Source: a virus. From it: a DNA stretch of 64,000 bases. The DNA is taken from IMG/VR virus record IMGVR_UViG_2930960728_000001. One strand, given 5' to 3'. The notes below the pieces were generated by a model, which worked only from the letters and a program-made list of their open reading frames with translations, searched no databases and had not been told where the DNA came from. Position 1 is the first letter of the stretch. Each line of letters opens with the position of its first letter. Below, in pieces: positions 56,046 through 64,000 of the stretch. A program made the translations under genes and the position numbers.

Positions 56046-59000
56046 ATGAGAGTGCCACACACGCGTTATCCACTAAGAATTGAGAAATCATACGCACATA
56101 CTGTCGGTAAGGCTGTAGGCAAGTTGAGAGCACTACACTACTGTTGCTTAAGTCAGAGGTCAAGCGGTAATTGACCGGGGAACCGTTAACGACTCACTTT
56201 ACAACGACGACATGATCGACTGGGTTGAGTCTTTAATCGAACGGCTAAAAGAATTGATCCTCGGTTCGTTCACCGATACCGACGCCAGCAAATGGTTGAG
56301 CGGTTTATGTCGGCTATCAGTACTAGCAATCGTGCCAACGTGTCGTCACAGATTCAATCTCACGAGCTAGTGAAACATTCGACATTGCTTTCTACTGGTA
56401 AGCCGGTAGTCTTGGCTATTAACCGGTCGCAGGGATGCACAGCTCGATGGTTACATTAAAGGCAAGATTGCGAAAATGTCAGTTACATCAAGGTATCCGC
56501 GATGATTATGCGACGAAGATTGAGCAAATTATCTACCGCGGTGTTACCAAGGACAATCATACGGCGAGATGGCGGAGGCAATTCGTCACCAAGGCAAGAT
56601 GAGCCGAAATCGCGCCGCTTTCATTGCCGGGACCAGTCGGGACCATCTACAGTCAGATGACCCGTACTAGGCACCAAACAGCCGGAATTAATCACTTTCA
56701 ATGGAGAGGCATGATGGACGAGCGTGAGCGTGCCAGTCATGTGGCACGTGAAGGCATTATCTACAATTACGACACGGCTGACTTACTACCCGGAGAAGAT
56801 TATGGTGCCGTTGTACTGGTGATCCTGTTTTTGATGACGAATTTGATGACTCAGAAGAGTAACGAAACGAAGGAGGTGAAAGTATGGCAGATACAAATTC
56901 ATCTAGTGCCGCAAGTACGCCAAGTTCTGCAGCATCTAGCTCTAAAACCGCTGCTAGCATGTATGCTTCGAGTACGACACCAGCAGCATCAGCAACTAAG
57001 CTAAGGGTGCGGCCAAGACCGTGACCTTAAAAGAAGGCGACAAGCTATGCGGGTTGCCACTGATGCTGGCATTTCGTTAGACACACTTGTAAAATTAATG
57101 GCTTGAAGGACTATTCGGTTAAGCCGGTAAGGTTCTGCAATTGCCATAGGAGGTAATTGCATGAAATTTTATGATCGTGCTGAGCTTGGCAAGTATGTTG
57201 AGACGCCTGAGGGTTACTTACACGGGAGTTTCCGATTACGCGTCCGGAGTTTTTCCGTATATGCGTAATGGTGGAAGTGTCTCCAAGTGGCAAAGCTTCC
57301 GGACGAGGTATTTTCTAAGGAAACCATCGAATCTGCGAACAACAAGCCACTGACCAATGACACCAAACGTGGCGTTGACGTACGTAACTTCAAAGCATTG
57401 TCAGTTGGGATGACAGACGGTGATGCTCACGTTGAGGACAATAAGCTGGTAGTTGGGGCGACCATTACGGACCCAGACATGATTGCCCAAGTTAAGTCGG
57501 GGAAGCGGGAGCTTTCAATCGGATTCAATGCCGATGTTCCCACGGAATCCGGAGAGTACGGCGGAGCCCAGTATGATGCGCTCAGCGCAATATCAAAATT
57601 AATCACATTGCTATCGTAGATAGAGGCGCGCAGGTCATGGAATCTCAATTCATGACAGTGCGGCTTTTGTTATGGGCGATAACAACACGAATACAGGAGG
57701 AAAACACATGGCTAATTTGATTATCGACAGCCAACAGTTCGAAGTGGACCAGCATGTTGCGGACGCCCACGACGACTTAAAGAAGAAGCTTGCGGCTGCG
57801 GAAGCAACTGTGACTCAGTTAAAGAAGCAGCTTTCAGGGTCTGAAGATGAGGCCAAGAGTTCCAAGAAGGAAGCCGATTCACTTAAGGGTGAACGGGATG
57901 CCTTAAAGACGCAACTCAAGGATGCTCAGGATAAGCAACTTGACCAAGACGCCTTAGACAAGCGCATTGACGCACGGCTTGCACTTCAGACTAGCGCAGC
58001 TCGTTTTGTTGGTGATAGCTTCGACTTCAAGGGAAGACTGACCGGGAAGTTAAGGTGGCTGCATCAAAACAACCAATGATTCGTTTGATGAAAAGGATAA
58101 GTCTGACGACTATATCAATGCATTCTACGATTCTGCGGTTTCCTTGGCAGATAAGAAAGGGTTCACTCACACGTTGGGTGGCCAAGGTGTGAATCAAAAC
58201 GAAACTGACTCGGTAGATAAGCTCAAAGGCGACCGAGCTAACGCCTACAAGTAAAGGAGGGATAACTCATGGATTAATTCCACGACACAAATGTACATGG
58301 ACCCAACATTGGGTTGGGCAAGATTGCCGACATTCGGCATACAGAAGTTGACTCAGCGGTTGCTGCAGGAGTAGTAGCTGCCGGGCGCCGTTCAAATGAG
58401 TTCGGGGCTGTTACAACCGTCAGTGACGGTAAGTTCTATGGCGTTGCAGTAGCCAAGGACTACGTCGATAACTTGGATGATTCACCACAAACGTCTAAGT
58501 ACAAGGCTAAGCAAATGGTTCCTGTTTTGCGTAAGGGACCATCAACGTTGCCATCACGGCCGATGTTACGGAAGGCCAACCAGCTGCTGTTGACGGAACG
58601 ACTGGGAACTTCAAGCCGGCCGCAGATGCTGACACGATTGTGGGGACGTTTAAGACGGCAGGTAAGTTTGTTGCCGACGACGCACTGCGGGCTCAACGCC
58701 CAACTTCAAATTAACTTGCATAAGGAGGCGACAGTAGATGCCACAAGAATTAGCGATGATTGAAAATCGCGACTTAATTGCGATGGAAAAGACGGTGCTT
58801 AAGGCGCCACAAGAAGAATTAATTGGTCGGTCACTGTTTCCAAAATTTCTGGGGTAAATCCGGTGCAGAGACCTACGGATACAGCCTAATGACTCGGCAC
58901 GGTGCTGCCAAGGTTATTGCCAACGGGCCGATGACTTGCCAATGGTTGACGAAGACGTTAAGCGAGCTTATCAGCCAATTTACACCATTGCTGCTGGTAT

Positions 59001-59606
59001 TCACTTCACGTATCAGGAAGTATTTGCCGCTCAAATGGCCGGACAACCGCTTCAAACGGATAAAGCTGAAACTGTCCGCCGGGCAATCTCTGAAAAGGAA
59101 AATGACATCATCTTCAACGGGGAATCAAAAGTTGGTATCACAGGTCTGACAAACCTTGAAGGTATTCAGGCAATGAACGCTGACAAGAAGTTTTCAGAGT
59201 CGACCGGGGCAGAGATGCAAGAGACCTTACGTAAGGCTAAGTCCTTAATCACTGTAATTCCGGGGTTCAATCAAGCACGGTTGAAGCTAGTCTTAGCTCC
59301 TGCTCAATATGAATCTTTGAACTCACGTTACAGTGACTACGACTCCGGACTATTCTGGAAGTCATCAAGCGCCGGCTGGTTTAACTCAATTGAAACGACC
59401 TCCGCATTAGTAGGTAAGGGGTTGGATAACTCCGAATGTGCGATGATCTTTGATTCCACTTCACAACCGGTGGCTTCTTGCTCCCTCGTGATGTCACGCA
59501 GTTCCACAAGAAGCGCACTATCCTAACACGATTGTGCTTACGATGAACGGACGGTGGTCTGGTAATCAAGACGCCGTACGCCATTGTTAAGCTGTCAGGA
59601 ATCTGA
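56046..59606 (+). pseudogene. Repeat copy of the MuF, LysM, DUF2213, cement and major capsid genes, frameshifted
   Basis: Matches 4455..8061 with single-base losses. Confidence 0.8.
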
Positions 59607-61270
59607 GGAGGACGCCATGCTAGTTAAAAATAAGGGCAAATTCATTCACAATGTTGGTGGGGTGCAACTGGTCCCGGTTCTAACCAACTCACCAAGAAGC
59701 AATCCGAAGCATTCAACGCGGCTATCAAGTCGAACGAGTTGAATGCTTTTTTAATTGAAAAGGGCACCTTATCCGCTGTTGAAGGTAAAGGTGGCAAGGA
59801 CGTGCAAAGCGTTACTGACATGACCCTTGACCAAGCACTGCCTGAGATTGCTGACACCGTATCGGTTGAGACACTGACCAAGTGGTTAGCCGATGAACAA
59901 CGCGGCGCCGGTCGTAAGAAGATGGTGGACACGTTGAAGGCTCGGATTGCTGAATTAAAGACCCGGAAGATGAATAGAGGTGGTCTAAGTGGATGAAGCG
60001 GATAAGAGCACCATCCAGAACGTTCGGCTGATTCGGTCGGACTTGACGAAGGTCAGTGACGATACTATCCAACTCGCAATTGATGATGCTTGGACTGAAG
60101 TTCAGAACCGGGGTTTCCCACACAGTATCAAGAGCAAGCATGCGTTATCTAGCAGCGAGTCTGATCAGTCGTGAGGATGACCGTGTTTCTCTGAAGCAAG
60201 TTGGGGATTTGAAGAAGCAATATTTCAAGGGTGTCAACGCTTGGGCCGACCGGTACAAATACTTGTTGGGCCAGTTCGGTGATGGTGGCTCCCTCAGAAT
60301 TGTGGTGATTTGATGGAAAATTTCGACAGAATTCCAGACGTTGAGCGGGAGATGGCGGAGCTGAATCATCTTCAACTACAAGTTGGGATATTTGGTGAGG
60401 ACGGGTCGTTTATGCAAATGATTGCGTCGCCAACGAGTATGGCGCTGATATTGAACCGAAGAATGGCAAATGGCTGACAATTCCACCGAAAATGCACCCA
60501 AAGGAGCCAAGGCTCGGGACATTGAGGGCCTTTTTCGACCAAAGGACAAAACATTCTTGCTGTCAGTGATGGTAAGGGTGGACTTATCCGATGTTCTATC
60601 TGGTGAAGAAGGTTCATATACCAGAGCGATCCTTTATTCGGTCTACCTTTGACGAAAATGTTGATGACTGGGTTGAGTATCTTGTTGATCAAGTTATCGA
60701 GCTGGGGATGGGTGATAGCGGTATTACAGCTAGAAAAATCATGGAATCTTTAGGTAATCGCATTCAACGGAGTATCGTGCAAAAATACGTTCCATTGAAT
60801 CACTGCCAATTCTCCCATAACTATTGCTCGTAAAGGTTCTAGCTCACCACTGGAAGATACAGGTCATCTTATTGATGCTGTGAGATATAAGGTGGTGAAC
60901 GTCTGATGTATGAAGAGTTTGCCGACATGCTAGTGGAATTTGGAATCCCGCTGCTAGTGTATCTACCTGCCAATGGCGAGGGTGGTCACTTAGAGCATGG
61001 AACTTGGGTTAAGGACCATGAGACGCCACCAGTTGAGGTCAGTGAGCCACTGGTGGTGCCATCCAAGACATCACTGTACAGCATGGAGGTTCAGCATAAC
61101 GCGGGTGGAGAGACGCAATCTTACGATGCTGTTTGGTATTCAACGATGGAGGCCCTAAGGGAACCATTGTAGAAAATAAGCGGACCGGTCGAAAGTACGT
61201 TGTTGACCACGAGCGGGATTATGCGGATTACTCTGATGTTTACGAGTACGACATGAAGGGGTAAGTAACT

Positions 61271-61741
61271 ATGACTGACGGTTCTTTCGAGTATGGAGGG
61301 CTAGCCGACGTTCTAATTGACGAAGTTAAAGACCTTGTGGGATGTGACTTAGTTGAGCAGGACTTTTCTGGGCCGCAACGCGCTTACCCTTTTTTCACGT
61401 ATAAAATAACCACGCCTTACATCAAGGACATGGAGCAAATGAATAACGGTGAGATGTTCGATTTGACGGTCTCAATGACTTGCTGTAGTGACAACAGCAT
61501 TAAGGCTCAAGACCTCGCTATGAAACTCTTCAAGAATCTCAAATCTGATGCCGTGCGTCGCAAACTTCGAACAGATCACGATATTGTAATTTCCGATATT
61601 GATTCTTTCGACAACCGAAGCGTTTTTCAGTCCATCAATTACGAACGGCGCGTTGGGTTTGATTTACACCTTCGAGTAGTGGATGACTTCCATGAAGATG
61701 TTCCAACCATCGACAAGATTAACTTAGACAACACAAATTAA
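61271..61741 (+). CDS. Repeat copy of the tail terminator (intact)
   Basis: Identical 156-aa translation. Confidence 0.7.
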   Translation: MTDGSFEYGGLADVLIDEVKDLVGCDLVEQDFSGPQRAYPFFTYKITTPYIKDMEQMNNGEMFDLTVSMTCCSDNSIKAQDLAMKLFKNLKSDAVRRKLRTDHDIVISDIDSFDNRSVFQSINYERRVGFDLHLRVVDDFHEDVPTIDKINLDNTN

Positions 61742-61753
61742 GGAGGTAGCTAA

Positions 61754-62789
61754 ATGACTGTAGCTACGAAGATTGGTGACATCATCGTTACGATTGATGT
61801 CAACCACCCGGTAATCCCTGTTGGGTTAGGGGTTCCGGGACTTTTTATTAAGGGTGATACCCAAAAGGACCAAGTGTACTCAAGCTTGGATGCCTTAGCG
61901 GCTGACTACGCGGAAGGCACTGACATCTATAAGGTGGCATCAGCATACTACGCACAACCGAATGCAGGGACTACGATTGAAGTGATCACCTACACAGCGT
62001 CCACGACTGATGCTGACACGAAGGCAACGACTGGTGGGATTTCTGCCGCTGCTGCGGCTTATTTCTTCAGCGTCTGGCACTTTGCCGTTGTTATCGGTGA
62101 TAGTGATGCGGACCAGCTGGAACTTAGCAACTATATTGAAGAACAGAACTTCAAGTTCTTAGTTGCGGAGTTCCCACGCCTGACGCAGCGAAGGCTTACA
62201 CCAATAAGCGGACCATTAACCTCATTCATAAGGCCACCACGGATAACTTTCCGGTGGCTTTTTTAGGTCGAGTAGCTAACCAGACGGTCGGCTCTGTGAC
62301 GTGGAAAGGTAAGGGAGATTTAGTGGGTGTTGAGGTCGATGACTTGTCCTACCCGAGTATGCAGCAATTGAGGCGGCTCATGGTATTTGCTATGTAGTCA
62401 AGGGGAAAAAGGCCGTTAGCTCTAACGGATGGACAGCTTCCGGAGACTGGATCGATGTCTTGCATGGCAGTGATTGGGTCAAGGTCAACATCGAATCATC
62501 TCTTCAAGATTTGTTGAACACGCAAGATAAGATCACTTTCGATGATCTTGGATTTGCTCAACTCCAAGCAGTTGTTGAGAAGGTTCTCTCTACGGCCTAT
62601 GCCAACGGGATTATTGCTTACAATGCCACAACTAAGGCAGCTGATTACTCAGTTACGGCTGATAAGTATGCCGACCTGTCTGTTGAGGATATCAAGAACC
62701 GTCAATATAACGGGATTCACTGGTCTTACACGCCTGCCGATGCTGTGCATGGTATGAAGGTCGGCGGTACTCTCGATTTTCCATACTAA
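61754..62789 (+). pseudogene. Repeat copy of the tail sheath, frameshifted
   Basis: Matches 10221..11258 with single-base losses. Confidence 0.78.
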
Positions 62790-62803
62790 AGGGGTGAAAA
62801 ATA

Positions 62804-63202
62804 ATGGCTAAATGGAATTACGATGCAACTGATGTCAAGGTCATCGCTGATAACGAACCAATGTACGGATATCAACCTGGGGACATGGTATCAGGCGAAC
62901 GAGCTAACAACTCCGAAGATTATGATGTTGATGCTCAAGGCTGGGGTGTTTTTAGTACAAACAATGACATTCATGGAACTATCACGATTAACCTGTCTGC
63001 TGGCTCACCAGCGAACCTTAAGTTGATGGCTCTCGCTAATGCCCATAAAGAATTTACATTGAGTGTTACGACGCCACACGAACGGGTTTACTCGAATCAG
63101 GCCAAAATCCAAAAAGTACCATCATTTGGTGCGGGGACCAAGACCGGCGTTAAAGCATGGGTAATCTTGTGCATTGACTACAACGATGAAATGAACGAAT
63201 AA
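62804..63202 (+). CDS. Repeat copy of the tail tube (intact)
   Basis: Identical 132-aa translation. Confidence 0.75.
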   Translation: MAKWNYDATDVKVIADNEPMYGYQPGDMVSGERANNSEDYDVDAQGWGVFSTNNDIHGTITINLSAGSPANLKLMALANAHKEFTLSVTTPHERVYSNQAKIQKVPSFGAGTKTGVKAWVILCIDYNDEMNE

Positions 63203-63840
63203 AACTAGACGCTTAGGGTTCGACTCCCTGAGCGTTTTTTGTACCAAAAATTTATGTAAAGGGTGATTACAAATGACTGTAGCAAAGAAAACTGTATCGC
63301 AAGACACTAAGGCAACTAATGAGGTAGCGAAGGCGCGGCAAAAACGTGATGAAGTGGAACGGATGCCACTCAAGCGGATGGGTAAGACTGAAACCATCAC
63401 GGTTGATGATTACGATGGCCCAAAGACTACACGTTCTTTTTCCCTGGCTTAAAGAAGGCACACAACATCGTTGACTTTGCGCGCATGGGGAATGGAGTTA
63501 TGGATAACACCACATACAATGAGAGCCTTATGAAAACAGTAATTGTGGAACCTCAGACGAATTGGGATTACTGGGATGAACATGACGGCTATGGTGAGGT
63601 CATGGAAAAAGCTGATCAGTTTCTTGGCAAATGGCTGCGCAAGTAATCGAAAAGGAATGCAATTGGAGCTTGCCTATCGGAACAATCGGCAGTATGAGTG
63701 GCCGGTTGAGATGGGGATTGCTACGCGTGAAGAGGTTGAGTTGGCAACCTTTGACGAACTAGAAATGTTTAACTATCAAGCCGATAAAAAATTTGAATTG
63801 ATGCAAGGAATGGACCGGAAGAATAGTGAGGTGAAAAAGT

Positions 63841-64000
63841 ATGGCAATCAAGCACACGACAATCGATATTGATTGGAAAGTGGATGATAGTGGGCTACGG
63901 TCTGCGGAAGGTAGCGTCAAAACACTAGAAACGGCAACGAAGTCGGCAACGACAGCAAGTGCCAGTTTCTCAGCCAGTCAGCGAGCTTCAGCAGCGGCCC
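63841..64000 (+). CDS. Start of the repeat copy of the tape measure gene (cut by the window end)
   Basis: MAIKHTTIDIDWKVDD start as at 12312. Confidence 0.75.
   Translation, partial: MAIKHTTIDIDWKVDDSGLRSAEGSVKTLETATKSATTASASFSASQRASAAA

Larger units (their letters stand above)
51629..64000 (+). repeat. Direct repeat of 1..12471 with 99 nt net loss (circular-contig overlap)
   Basis: The offset from copy 1 is 51628 at the start and 51529 at the end. The differences inspected are single-base deletions, mostly in G/C runs (e.g. cttcggggcg vs cttcgggcg), and they break terL, portal and capsid ORFs that are intact in copy 1. Confidence 0.95.

Noticed and set aside
51629-64000. A second, pseudogenised prophage or tandem duplication
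   Set aside because: The differences inspected are one-base deletions in homopolymers and I saw no substitutions. This fits low-coverage long-read consensus error rather than evolutionary decay.

Overview
The window holds one complete temperate phage genome from a lactobacillus host (probably Levilactobacillus brevis-like; this is inferred from protein families, not proven). The unit length is 51,628 bp (1..51628). It is followed by a second, error-ridden copy of its first 12,471 bp (51629..64000), which is 99 nt shorter, with the differences I examined being single-base losses, mostly in G/C runs. This is the signature of an untrimmed circular long-read contig. Gene order: terminases, DUF1073-type portal, MuF-like head protein, LysM protein, DUF2213 protein, capsid, neck, contractile tail (DUF3383 sheath, tube, 1907-aa tape measure, baseplate, fibre), lysis cassette, cargo region, attP, tyrosine integrase, lysogeny module, cI/cro switch, YqaJ/RecT recombination, replication initiator, Rha, RusA, Dam-like methylase, ArpU late activator, tRNA and tRNA-like array, NDT/TIR-like moron and csbD. 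The cargo region contains a RosmerTA-like pair, MarR, an IS256 element with 8-bp target duplication and a cfa gene. Several single-base frameshifts in the unique part (baseplate J, endolysin, recT, rep, dam, NDT-like gene) look like the same homopolymer sequencing error. The most interesting candidates are: a solo PemK/MazF-like gene with a coiled-coil insertion, followed by a structured RNA and bracketed by tRNA-like elements; a run of tRNA-like units behind the late promoter; the phage-borne cfa; the RosmerTA-like pair; and the NDT/TIR-like moron. All family names come from motif recognition; no database searches were run.
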